Positions 8,518-16,815 are shown, numbered from the stretch's first letter. The stretch: DNA of 25,797 nt from a virus (IMGVR_UViG_3300028145_000062:1-25797); one strand, 5' to 3'. A program made the numbers and translations. Notes: generated by a model from the sequence alone, not told the origin.

Positions 8518-9765
8518 ATGTCCCGCCTGCTCATCACCGCCGGGAAGCTCGCCATCTCGGCGCTGGGCCGTCTCATGCTCGATACGGCCGAGTGCATCGC
8601 CGCGTGCTGCGGCGGCAGCGGCCCGCCCTATCGCCGCTGGTGCCCGTGCGACCAGGAGGGGTGCTGGCCAGAGCACCCGGATATCTGGATCATCGACGGC
8701 TCGGCCGAGTGCCTTGACCACGACACCATTCTCGTCACGACCGGCGTGCCAGGCGCGGATCGGTGGTGTTACAAGCGGACCAATGACGTTCGGCCCCTGG
8801 CGTTCCTTCCGATCGGAGCCGTCGTCATCCCCGGCTCGGCGGTGGACTGCAACGCCAACCCCCAGGGGTGCAATGATCCGGTATGCAACCCCACGGGCGA
8901 GCCCGGCCCGTGCCCGTGCGCGTGCGAGTCGGTGTGCGCCACGCTGGTATTCCCGCCCCCGGCGAACCCCGGCGATCCGCCATGCATGATCTGCTGCTGG
9001 GGCAAGCCAATGAGCTTCACCCAGTCGCGGGACGTGATCGAAACGAACGTCTACGCCCCGATCGGCGGGCACCCGTTCTCCTGCACGGCTGGCATCGCCT
9101 ACTGCGGCCGGCGGGAGTTCCATGAGCGATCCGCCGGGGCGGTTCCCGCGATCAACTGCCCGGTATGCGACGTGTCGGGCGGGTGCGTCGGGTGCTACGC
9201 GATGGAAACCCGGTCGATCGCGTCGGACTGCCACGGCGGGCCGGTGGATGGCGATACCGGCTGGGTGCCGTCGTCTCCGCAGTGCTTGGGCGTGTGGCCG
9301 ATCCCGGCGCACCCGGTGACGGGGGCGATCGCGTTGACCTACGACAGCGGATGGGTGTACGACTTCCAGGGGCAGAACTTCGGGCAACCGATCTACGGCC
9401 GCCACCGCGACCGTTGGCAATGGACCTGCGGCGGATTCCAGTGGATTCATGAGGAGGAGGACCATGAGGTCTACAGCGCCGACGGCACGCCGAACAACCT
9501 CTGCACGTACGACCAGCGGATCGAGACGACGACCACCCGTGCCCATATCGGCGGGCCGAACGGGGCGGAGTGCTGCGGGGGGTGCCGGGAGCAGTATTGC
9601 GGCGACCTTGCCTCGGGCGGCGGGTGCCTGCCCTTGGGTACGCCGGTCGGCCCGCCCGAGTGGGACGGCTCGGGGCCGATCATGCCGCAGGGGGAGGTAC
9701 GGGCACCGGGCGGGTGCGCGGGCTGCGGGGGCGGGTCGGGGGTGCTGGTGGAAACGACGCTGTGA
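8518..9765 (+). CDS. Cys-rich protein (35 Cys in 415 aa), probable tail-tip / receptor-binding component
   Basis: Cys counted by hand, N-terminal 'C...CCGG', C-terminal 'GGCAGCGG', position at the end of the tail module. Confidence 0.7.
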   Translation: MSRLLITAGKLAISALGRLMLDTAECIAACCGGSGPPYRRWCPCDQEGCWPEHPDIWIIDGSAECLDHDTILVTTGVPGADRWCYKRTNDVRPLAFLPIGAVVIPGSAVDCNANPQGCNDPVCNPTGEPGPCPCACESVCATLVFPPPANPGDPPCMICCWGKPMSFTQSRDVIETNVYAPIGGHPFSCTAGIAYCGRREFHERSAGAVPAINCPVCDVSGGCVGCYAMETRSIASDCHGGPVDGDTGWVPSSPQCLGVWPIPAHPVTGAIALTYDSGWVYDFQGQNFGQPIYGRHRDRWQWTCGGFQWIHEEEDHEVYSADGTPNNLCTYDQRIETTTTRAHIGGPNGAECCGGCREQYCGDLASGGGCLPLGTPVGPPEWDGSGPIMPQGEVRAPGGCAGCGGGSGVLVETTL

Positions 9766-10364
9766 CCGATCCCACCCCCACCCCTTGGGCCTCCCGCCTC
9801 TGGACCGCCATCCGTGGGGCTGGGCGGTACGCCACGGCCGTTGCGGGCGGTGATGTGGCCCCGGAAGCGGTCCAGAACGCCAGGGCCGCAGCGTGTCTCC
9901 AATGCCCGTCCGCGACCGTCCACGAGGCTAGGGGATTACTAGGGGTAGTTGGCACGCCCCGGACGGTGTGGTGTGGAACACCCATGGTGGAGCGAATGGA
10001 GACGGTGCTACCTACGTGCGGTTGCATCTGCGCTACCCAGCGAGGAGATGGAGAGGAAGCCCCGGCGGCCTTGACGGTGAATGGGCGGCGGTACGCTCCG
10101 GCTGGAAAGACGGTTGTGTCGTCTGAGTGCTGTCCCCAGCGCCGGTGGATAGCCGTTCCCGCACCACGCGCAATACCTGCGCCAACCCCTGCAAGTCCAG
10201 GTCCGCATTCCGCCGTATCAACCCCGCACGCGACCCCTCCACGCCAATCCGGGTATCGTGCTTTGTTTCGACGATCATCGTCACCACCGCCAGATACCAC
10301 GCCTCGCGGAACTGGGCATCCGGCAGTGCCGTCAGCCACGCCGCCAGCCTGGGCGGGTCGTTGA
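9762..10364 (+). CDS. DUF6171-like Cys-motif protein with a Pro-rich run-on tail
   Basis: GTGA overlap. Motif 'R...C..CP ... C ... CGC ... K......CP..RW'. Confidence 0.65.
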   Translation: MTDPTPTPWASRLWTAIRGAGRYATAVAGGDVAPEAVQNARAAACLQCPSATVHEARGLLGVVGTPRTVWCGTPMVERMETVLPTCGCICATQRGDGEEAPAALTVNGRRYAPAGKTVVSSECCPQRRWIAVPAPRAIPAPTPASPGPHSAVSTPHATPPRQSGYRALFRRSSSPPPDTTPRGTGHPAVPSATPPAWAGR

Positions 10365-10923
10365 ATGGGGCGTATTCGATCAGGTTGTGGGCTGAGCGGA
10401 CCCGCGCCGGTGGTGTCCGGCTTTGTCCGGTTTCGTCCGCCTTTGTCCGGCATGCCGGGGAACAAAACTTCTGGTAGATCGTCGCGGGCAGGAACGTCGC
10501 CGGGCACCCCTCGCACCGAACCCGGTGGCGCGGTGCCCGTCGCTTCCGCCGCCCGTGGGCAAGCTTGGCGCACCGATTCGAGCAGCACCCCTGCGCGGCG
10601 TTGTGGGTGTCGAACGGCATCCCGCACTCCGCGCAGTAGAGAACAAACGTCGGACGGGTTTCGGTGGTGCGGGAATCGGCGAGTTCCCGGCACTTGCTGT
10701 GGCAGAACATCACCCCGCGCCGGGACGGCTTGAAGCCCACCCCGCACCCGGCGCACACGGCGGCGAGTTCGGCCCGCACCTTTGCCCGCGCCGCCCGGCG
10801 CACGTCCCGGCACCGCTCGCGGTGGTAGACATCCCGGCACGCGGGCGAGCAGGTCACGGCGTCGTCGCGTGCGGAGCCGAACCGCTTGCCGCAGTGGAGG
10901 CATGTCTTGGTGTGCTTGGGCAT
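10033..10923 (-). CDS. Protein with four tandem CxxC...CxxxC treble-clef zinc-finger repeats and a helical C-terminal region
   Basis: CLHC..CSPAC, CAGC..CHSKC, CAEC..CSNRC, CEGC..CSPAC. No HNH motif seen. Confidence 0.75.
   Translation of the reverse strand: MPKHTKTCLHCGKRFGSARDDAVTCSPACRDVYHRERCRDVRRAARAKVRAELAAVCAGCGVGFKPSRRGVMFCHSKCRELADSRTTETRPTFVLYCAECGMPFDTHNAAQGCCSNRCAKLAHGRRKRRAPRHRVRCEGCPATFLPATIYQKFCSPACRTKADETGQSRTPPARVRSAHNLIEYAPFNDPPRLAAWLTALPDAQFREAWYLAVVTMIVETKHDTRIGVEGSRAGLIRRNADLDLQGLAQVLRVVRERLSTGAGDSTQTTQPSFQPERTAAHSPSRPPGLPLHLLAG
10414..10450. repeat. Four tandem ~10-bp units (consensus CTTTGTCCGG)
   Basis: tgtccgg / ctttgtccgg / tttcgtccgc / ctttgtccgg. Confidence 0.7.
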
Positions 10924-10955
10924 GGATGCTCAGAGAAAAGGCCGTCCGTGGCCCC

Positions 10956-11111
10956 TCATCCATCCTTGGGTTCGATTGAATATCCGGTTGCCTTCAAGAC
11001 TTCCTCGGCGGCGCTCCACGGATCATCATCTCGGTTGATTCTGATTGTTTGGCCGTTCAACTCGACAACAATCGTATCTTCACCGAACGTCACCCTTGCT
11101 GTCTTTTCCAT
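10956..11111 (-). CDS. Hypothetical 51-aa protein (MEKTARVTFGEDTIVVELNGQTIRI...)
   Basis: Translated by hand, fills the gap between neighbours, protein-like beta-beta-alpha pattern. Confidence 0.55.
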   Translation of the reverse strand: MEKTARVTFGEDTIVVELNGQTIRINRDDDPWSAAEEVLKATGYSIEPKDG

Positions 11112-11265
11112 GCTTGTCTCTCACCAGTCCCGTCAATGCTACCGCCGCGATGCCGAGCCCGCAAGCCATCGCGTACCACGGCGAGCGGGGCCAGAGGTCA
11201 AGCGCCACGCCAACGGCGGCGCAGAGGACGGCGGCGTGGAGCATGAGGCCGAGGAAGAGTCTCAT
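11080..11265 (-). CDS. Small 2-TM membrane protein, 61 aa
   Basis: ATGA overlap with the upstream gene, two hydrophobic segments and a charged tail. Confidence 0.6.
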   Translation of the reverse strand: MRLFLGLMLHAAVLCAAVGVALDLWPRSPWYAMACGLGIAAVALTGLVRDKHGKDSKGDVR

Positions 11266-13547
11266 TGGATCGGTGCCCCGGCCTCGGCGGCCCGGCGCAA
11301 CCGCTGGATGTACGCGCGGGCGCGGGCGGTGATGTGGACACTGGTAGAGCCGCCGCCGGAGTTGCGGCCGGCAACCTGGTTTGCCGTAACGCCCATGTTC
11401 TTCACATACCCCGGATCGCCCAGAACCGTCGCGCTGAACGTCGCGGTTGATCCGAGATGGGTGTCGTCCACGGCGCTGTTCACCCAGTAGTTATCCGCCG
11501 TGATGCCCGAGCCGGTCACGGTCTTGTACAGCGTCGTTCCCGATCGGGCGAGAAGCCACGTCGAAAAGTCTCGGTTGAAGTCGGTGGCGAACTGCCGCTG
11601 TGAGTCGTTCCAACCGCCGGGCGCGCCGCCCGTCTTGACCGGCACAGCCTCGGCGAACTCAGCCCGGTTGCCGCCCGCGAGAACGGCCGCATAGACCGCC
11701 TGCGCGGCCGCCACTGTGGTAGCGACTTTCGCGGCAAGGTTGCCCGAGGTCACGCCCGACATGCTGTTCTTTGTCAGGTCAAACCCAAGGAACCGGCATC
11801 CTCGGATCGCCGCGAGCCCGGCCGTGCAGTTGGTGTTGAAGTCCTCGATGGAGTTGCCCTGAATCCCCATCGGCAGGGCGAACATCCCGCGACAGCCGAG
11901 ATAAGCGCCGGGGCTGTAGCCCCCAGGCAACCCCTGGATGTCCCCGACCGCGAATGACGTGCCCGTGCCGTCCGCGTTGGGCCCGAGCGGAAAGGCGATG
12001 TGGTCCAAACCGGCAACGCCAACGCTCCACGTCAGTGTTCCCGACTCGTACGAATCGACGAGCAGCCATGTCAGGGTGGAGCATCGCGCGACCGGGCCGA
12101 GACGTGCGATCGTTCCGTTCGTCTCGGTGAGCGTGACTTTCCAGATTCCGACCGGAGTGGACTCGGTGAACGACGCAATCGAGCCGAGCGAGATGGACTT
12201 GACTGTCGTAGCCGAGAACGTCGTCGGCGTCAGGTCGCGGATGGTCAGCACTTTCGCTCCGCCACGGTGAATCGAAACAACCGCGTGGTACTGGTGGGCC
12301 GTGACGCACGTTCCCGCTCCGGTTGTTGCGCCGCTCACGGCATCGACCCACGCACCGCCGCCCGTCGCGGTCACGTCCACGTACGACGTTGTGCCGTCGT
12401 TGGCGAATATCTGGATGCGGGCAAGGTCGGCCGTATCGGCGCGGAGGTGCTGGAATACGACGTGCATCCACCCATCGCTCCCGTATGGATAGATGTCCTT
12501 GGCACTGGTCGGCACCCATATCTTCTCGACGCTCGTTACCGTCTCGCCGCTGTGCGATGTGGTCTTGACGGAGCCGATCGGGAGGTAGTTCGTTCCCGCT
12601 CCGCCCGATGTCGGCTCGTCGTACACCAGGTTCGTCGTGTTCGACAGGATGCAGGACGCGCCCGAGAACGCGCCGGCCGCTGCCGCCGCGACCCCGTGCC
12701 GCATGTTCCAATACTTGTGCCACTCGTGCGTGGTGGGAGTCGCCGCCGCGAACTGCACCGTCTTGTCAAAGCCTATGGAGGTCGTCTCGATGCGGGCGAT
12801 CCGCATGACGATCCCGGCCGGGCACACCCACTCCTGCCCCGCCCCGTTGTACGGAAACGTCAGTTCATTCCCCCACACGAACCCGTCGCCGAAGCCGAAC
12901 CGATCCTTGGGGATGCACGCCACGGGCACATCGTTAATGTACATAAACGATCCGCCGCCGTTCGCGGCCGTCTCGTTGTACAGCCGGAACGTCAGTGTAA
13001 ACCATTGGTCAAGGCCGATCGTCGGCGGGCAGATCGCTGCGTTCGACGGGCTGTCGTTGCACCGCAGCACGGCCCCGGTGCCGATCCCGGCAAAGCACAC
13101 CCCGGCGCGGTCGGTCGCGTTGCGGATGAAGCACCGTACGCCGAACTCGCCTGTGCCCCAGCCGATGAAGCCGAGGTTGTTGCTCCCCGTCGCGTCGGCG
13201 GGCGTGGTGTTCTGCACGAACGTAGACGACTTGCCGAACTGGATCGTGTACCGCTGCTCGTAGATGCCGCCGAGGTTTTCGAGGATGCCGTCCGGCGTGC
13301 CGTTGTCGATGTCCGTCTCAACGTGCGGTTTGATGAGTTGGCCGGTGAACCCGTCGCCCGATTCGAGGTACGCCGCGTACGTCGAGCCGAGCCATTGTGG
13401 TCGAGCGGTTGCGCCGGAGGATGTGTATGCCTTGGCGGTGAGTGTGCCGACCGCTGAGACGCCGACGTTCGTGGCGTTGCACGTCATCCCGGCGGTCCAC
13501 GGCTTCGCGCCGGTATTGGTGCCGAGGTCAAGGGCGGTGAATGCCAT
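11262..13547 (-). CDS. 761-aa multidomain protein: beta-sandwich/lectin-like N-terminal part plus C-terminal SGNH/GDSL esterase-like domain
   Basis: SGNH blocks in order: 'LLVDSY', 'GIQGNS', 'LTKNS', 'DDTHL'. Confidence 0.65.
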   Translation of the reverse strand: MAFTALDLGTNTGAKPWTAGMTCNATNVGVSAVGTLTAKAYTSSGATARPQWLGSTYAAYLESGDGFTGQLIKPHVETDIDNGTPDGILENLGGIYEQRYTIQFGKSSTFVQNTTPADATGSNNLGFIGWGTGEFGVRCFIRNATDRAGVCFAGIGTGAVLRCNDSPSNAAICPPTIGLDQWFTLTFRLYNETAANGGGSFMYINDVPVACIPKDRFGFGDGFVWGNELTFPYNGAGQEWVCPAGIVMRIARIETTSIGFDKTVQFAAATPTTHEWHKYWNMRHGVAAAAAGAFSGASCILSNTTNLVYDEPTSGGAGTNYLPIGSVKTTSHSGETVTSVEKIWVPTSAKDIYPYGSDGWMHVVFQHLRADTADLARIQIFANDGTTSYVDVTATGGGAWVDAVSGATTGAGTCVTAHQYHAVVSIHRGGAKVLTIRDLTPTTFSATTVKSISLGSIASFTESTPVGIWKVTLTETNGTIARLGPVARCSTLTWLLVDSYESGTLTWSVGVAGLDHIAFPLGPNADGTGTSFAVGDIQGLPGGYSPGAYLGCRGMFALPMGIQGNSIEDFNTNCTAGLAAIRGCRFLGFDLTKNSMSGVTSGNLAAKVATTVAAAQAVYAAVLAGGNRAEFAEAVPVKTGGAPGGWNDSQRQFATDFNRDFSTWLLARSGTTLYKTVTGSGITADNYWVNSAVDDTHLGSTATFSATVLGDPGYVKNMGVTANQVAGRNSGGGSTSVHITARARAYIQRLRRAAEAGAPIQ

Positions 13548-13559
13548 GCCCCCATTCTA
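13548..13559 (-). promoter_or_regulatory. -10 element TAGAAT, 6 nt before ATG 13547 (possible leaderless start)
   Basis: TAGAAT-gggggc-ATG, no well-spaced SD, no convincing -35. Confidence 0.45.
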
Positions 13560-13572
13560 CCCACCCGCGCAA

Positions 13573-13608
13573 CGAAAAGACCCGCCCGCGACGATGCGGA
13601 CGGGCCTC
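13573..13608 (-). terminator. Intrinsic terminator after the beta-helix gene
   Basis: GAGGCCCGTCCGC-atcgtc-GCGGGCGGGTCTT stem (with G-U pairs) running into TTTTCGTT. Confidence 0.65.
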
Positions 13609-13697
13609 GTGGGGAGAGTAGGGAAAGGCCGGTCCAAGCGTCTCTTCAAGTACCGGCCCGAGTGTTCCGCCCGGCAACGCGCCGGGCGGTCGTGGGG

Positions 13698-15347
13698 TCA
13701 GGGTAGTGCGGGAAGAGAAAACCCCGCCCGGAAGTAGTTGAGCATCGCCTTGGGCCGGAGCGTGTCGTCCCATGTCGGCTTGCTCATCGTCCGCACCCGC
13801 ACCATCAGGGCGTCGGCGGTGGCGAAGCCCTTGGACTGGGCGAACTTGAGCATGGAGCGGGTCGGGTCTGGGAATGCCGGGTTTCCCCACGTCGCGGTCG
13901 GCTCGACGTTCGCCTTCCACCACTGAAAATCATGGCGAACCCCAGCAACAACAAAGCAGTCTGATCGGGTTGAGAAGTATCGGTTGCCGGAGAATGTGGC
14001 GGCGGACTGGTTGAATAGCTCAACCAGCGTTCCGCCCTGGGTGTCAACGAATGTGTTTCCACTTGCCACCACTCCTCCGCACGTCCCGCCCCCGCTCGGC
14101 GCGCCCACGTACAGGCACGTAGGCCAGTTGTAAACGATGTTCCCCCGCACGATGCACCCGCGCACGCTCGTCCCCGAGTACGGGTCGAAGTTGATCGCCG
14201 GGCCGACGCCCTCGGCGCGGTTGGCAAAGATATTGCCCTCGAACACCGGCGGGTTGCTCTGGCTAGTGTTGGTGATGAGCACGCCCGTGCCCCGCACGTT
14301 CGCGGCGTCGATGTTCTTGCCCTCGAGGAACACGTTGTCGGCCCAGCGGCCGGACACGCCGGGCGGCTGACCATTGGAGCCGTTCCACCCGTCGTAGTAC
14401 CCAAGCTGGTTCTGCGAGTTGTTCCACAGCACACAGCCGGTCACATTGCACGGCGAACGTCCGTGGATGCCGTGCGATCCGGCGCGACTGAACAGACAGG
14501 AGATAGCGTCGTTCGCCGGGCCGTTGTCGAACTGAAAATAAAATCCTTGGCTGTAGGGTCCGGGCGCTAGTGCCCCGCCCCGATCCACGACACAATCCTC
14601 TAGCTTGACCCGGTTGCTCAGCGCCACGAACGCATCGACGCCGGGCGGGAGGCCCGCGCCCATGTCGTCATTGTCGTAGAGGCTGCATCGGAACAGCGTC
14701 AGGCTGTCGATGCCTTGGAGCGCGAACCCCTGCGCGAAGTTGTGCGCGTGGACGCCCTCGAACCGGACATTCTTGGAACACGCCGGGTCGGGATAGTCCG
14801 GCCCCCCCTGATACTCTGCGCCGTGTCCATTCGCCTGCGCCGACGCGGCAAGCTCGGTGTGGCAGAACGTCAGGTTGCCTTGTGACCCGGTGCGGCTCCC
14901 ACGCCCGAATCCTGGGTTGGAGGTCGGCACGATCTTCGGGATCGGCCCGTTGCCGCTGCCGCCGATCACGATGGGCGCGCCAACCTTGCCGGTCTTGACG
15001 ATGCCGGACAGGTCTTGGCCGTTCCATACCCCGCCATCGGCAAGGCGGAGTTGGTCTGACGAGTTGTTGCGGACGCCCTGGAAGGCTTGCTGGAGGTTGC
15101 CGCCGGACGGCACGGCAATGGCGACGGCACCGGCTGGCGCGCTCAGGTCACTCCATCCCGCGCTTGGCGTCGGCGGTGGGGTCACGGGCCGGTTCAGGAA
15201 CTCGCTCCATGCGTTCACAAGAGTTGCGATATCGCTTGGCTCGGCCAGAGCAGGGTTTCCAGACACCATCGCCACGAACGCGGGGATGTCCACGTTACCG
15301 GCGCTGTCAATCGGCACGTCGGCGGGGCGGATGGCGGGGTAGGACAT
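13698..15347 (-). CDS. Right-handed parallel beta-helix (pectin lyase-like) protein, 549 aa
   Basis: Repeated 'N(V/I/T)F', 'GNI', 'GC.V..N' strands. A short N-terminal domain is joined by a PVTPPPTP linker. Confidence 0.75.
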   Translation of the reverse strand: MSYPAIRPADVPIDSAGNVDIPAFVAMVSGNPALAEPSDIATLVNAWSEFLNRPVTPPPTPSAGWSDLSAPAGAVAIAVPSGGNLQQAFQGVRNNSSDQLRLADGGVWNGQDLSGIVKTGKVGAPIVIGGSGNGPIPKIVPTSNPGFGRGSRTGSQGNLTFCHTELAASAQANGHGAEYQGGPDYPDPACSKNVRFEGVHAHNFAQGFALQGIDSLTLFRCSLYDNDDMGAGLPPGVDAFVALSNRVKLEDCVVDRGGALAPGPYSQGFYFQFDNGPANDAISCLFSRAGSHGIHGRSPCNVTGCVLWNNSQNQLGYYDGWNGSNGQPPGVSGRWADNVFLEGKNIDAANVRGTGVLITNTSQSNPPVFEGNIFANRAEGVGPAINFDPYSGTSVRGCIVRGNIVYNWPTCLYVGAPSGGGTCGGVVASGNTFVDTQGGTLVELFNQSAATFSGNRYFSTRSDCFVVAGVRHDFQWWKANVEPTATWGNPAFPDPTRSMLKFAQSKGFATADALMVRVRTMSKPTWDDTLRPKAMLNYFRAGFSLPALP

Positions 15348-15348
15348 G

Positions 15349-16102
15349 TCAGGCTCCTAAAAGTTCGAGTCGTCCCTTCATCACGCCCTTGAGATCGTAG
15401 GTCTGTGTCCCGCGAACGTGGTCAGACACAAACCCCTTGAAAAAGTTGTAGGTCCGACGTGATCCTCCACGTCCCGTATCGCCAAGCATGGCCTTTCGCT
15501 TCTCGGCATATTGCGCGTTCTGCGCTGCGTACTCCCGCTCTTGGATTCGACCGGCAAGCAGTCGCTTGGCGGTAGCCTTGTTCATTTGCTGAGATCGGCT
15601 GGTTGTGACGCGAACCCAAAGCCCGGTAGGCTTGTGCCGCATTCTGACCGCACTATTCGTAGTGTTTACGCCTTGTCCCCCGGGGCCTCCAGACGCCGCG
15701 TACGACACTTCGATGTCCGACTCTCGGATGGCGACCGTTTTGGGGGCGAAGATTGGAAGTACGGCTACCGATACCATCGACGTGTGCCTCCGACCGCCGC
15801 GTTCGTTTGGCGGGCATCGCTGAACCACATGCTTCCCAGCCTCTCCCTCAAAGGCTCGCCAAACACCAGCCCCGGACACCTCGATAGTGACCGATCCTTT
15901 TTCGGCGTCTAGAAGGTCTGTTTTCAATCCTCGCATGGCTGCGTACCGAACGTACATCGAAGCAAGGTCTGAGACGAAAGATTTAGAGTCGTCGCCTCCC
16001 TCGCCGAACCGAATCTCCACCAGCAGGCTTGATGCGTCAAAGACACCCCGCGTCCACTGATGGTGCGGGGCGACCCTGACGGTTGTAGTCTTGCCACTTC
16101 AT
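15349..16102 (-). CDS. Class I peptide chain release factor homologue (RF1-like, lacks domain 1), ~250 aa, expressed via a +1 frameshift
   Basis: 'EIRFGEGGDDS', 'EAGKHVVQRCPPNERGGRRHTS', 'SGGPGGQGVNTTNSAVRMRHKPTG', 'RSQQMNK', 'RTYNF', 'VSDH'. AGGAG-N7-ATG at 16102 opens a 21-codon ORF ending CTT-TGA-C, and the +1 frame continues DASSLLVEIRFG. Confidence 0.92.
16036..16051 (-). promoter_or_regulatory. prfB/RF2-type programmed +1 ribosomal frameshift cassette
   Basis: GCGGGG TGT CTT TGA C versus E. coli prfB AGGGGG TAT CTT TGA C: internal SD-like run, 3-nt spacer, slippery CUU-U and weak UGA-C stop. Confidence 0.88.
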
Positions 16103-16104
16103 GT

Positions 16105-16815
16105 TCACACTCCTGCGTATGTTCGATCCACCGGCGTCAGCGCCGCCAGCATTGCTGGCTGGTCGCTCCACGATATCGCCGTCATCCGCTGGTTCTTCAT
16201 CGCCTGCAACATTCTACCCCGCGCCGTCGCCCCCACGCTCACGCGCGGGTCGGTGTCGATCCAGTAGGGGCACAGTATCCCGTACGTGCGCGTGCCACGG
16301 CCACGCGCCATCTCGGCCGACAGCGCGACGATCGACTCGATGGCGGGCTCGCCGCCCTTGCTGATGTAGAGATTGTGAACGCCAAAGTCGGTGGGAATGT
16401 TGCGCCGGATCGCGTCGTCCGCCTCGCGCAGAGCGTCGCCCCACTTGGCCTCGTGCGGGAACCGCGCGGCGTTCTCGGTGCATTGGACCGTGTGGAATAT
16501 GCTGATGGTCAGGTTCGCGTTGACCTGCCGCATCGCGTCGATGGTGTCGGCCATCGCGCGCAGGTACGGGAGTGTGCGGATGCGGGTCGTGCCGTCGTAG
16601 GCGGTACCGTACAGGTACGACTCGGCCGGGCCGCACTCGACCACGAGCGGGGTGTTGTACGTGGCCGGGATGGTGCGGGCGTACGCGGCGGCGAGTTTCG
16701 GGTCGGGACCGAGTTCGGTGCCGATGCGGGACCAATGCACGCCTCGGACTAGGCCGAAACCGGCGCGTGGGGTTTGGGGTGGGGCCAAATCTACGTTGGT
16801 GAAGTCGAGGATCAC
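16105..16815 (-). CDS. Hypothetical 236-aa alpha/beta protein
   Basis: GTGA overlap upstream, alternating beta/alpha pattern, no recognised motif. Confidence 0.7.
   Translation of the reverse strand: MILDFTNVDLAPPQTPRAGFGLVRGVHWSRIGTELGPDPKLAAAYARTIPATYNTPLVVECGPAESYLYGTAYDGTTRIRTLPYLRAMADTIDAMRQVNANLTISIFHTVQCTENAARFPHEAKWGDALREADDAIRRNIPTDFGVHNLYISKGGEPAIESIVALSAEMARGRGTRTYGILCPYWIDTDPRVSVGATARGRMLQAMKNQRMTAISWSDQPAMLAALTPVDRTYAGV

Noticed and set aside
7795-9546. Long antisense ORF (583 aa) and similar shadows (12000-13457, 9680-10963, 2682-3341)
   Set aside because: Arg/Ala/Pro-rich alternative-frame products expected in high-GC DNA, overlying better-supported genes.
15349-16102. Release factor as a pseudogene, or as plain prfA, prfB or prfH
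   Set aside because: The break matches the prfB cassette and catalytic motifs are intact, so it is unlikely to be a pseudogene. It lacks PxT, SPF and domain 1, and no RtcB neighbour is present, so no symbol was assigned.
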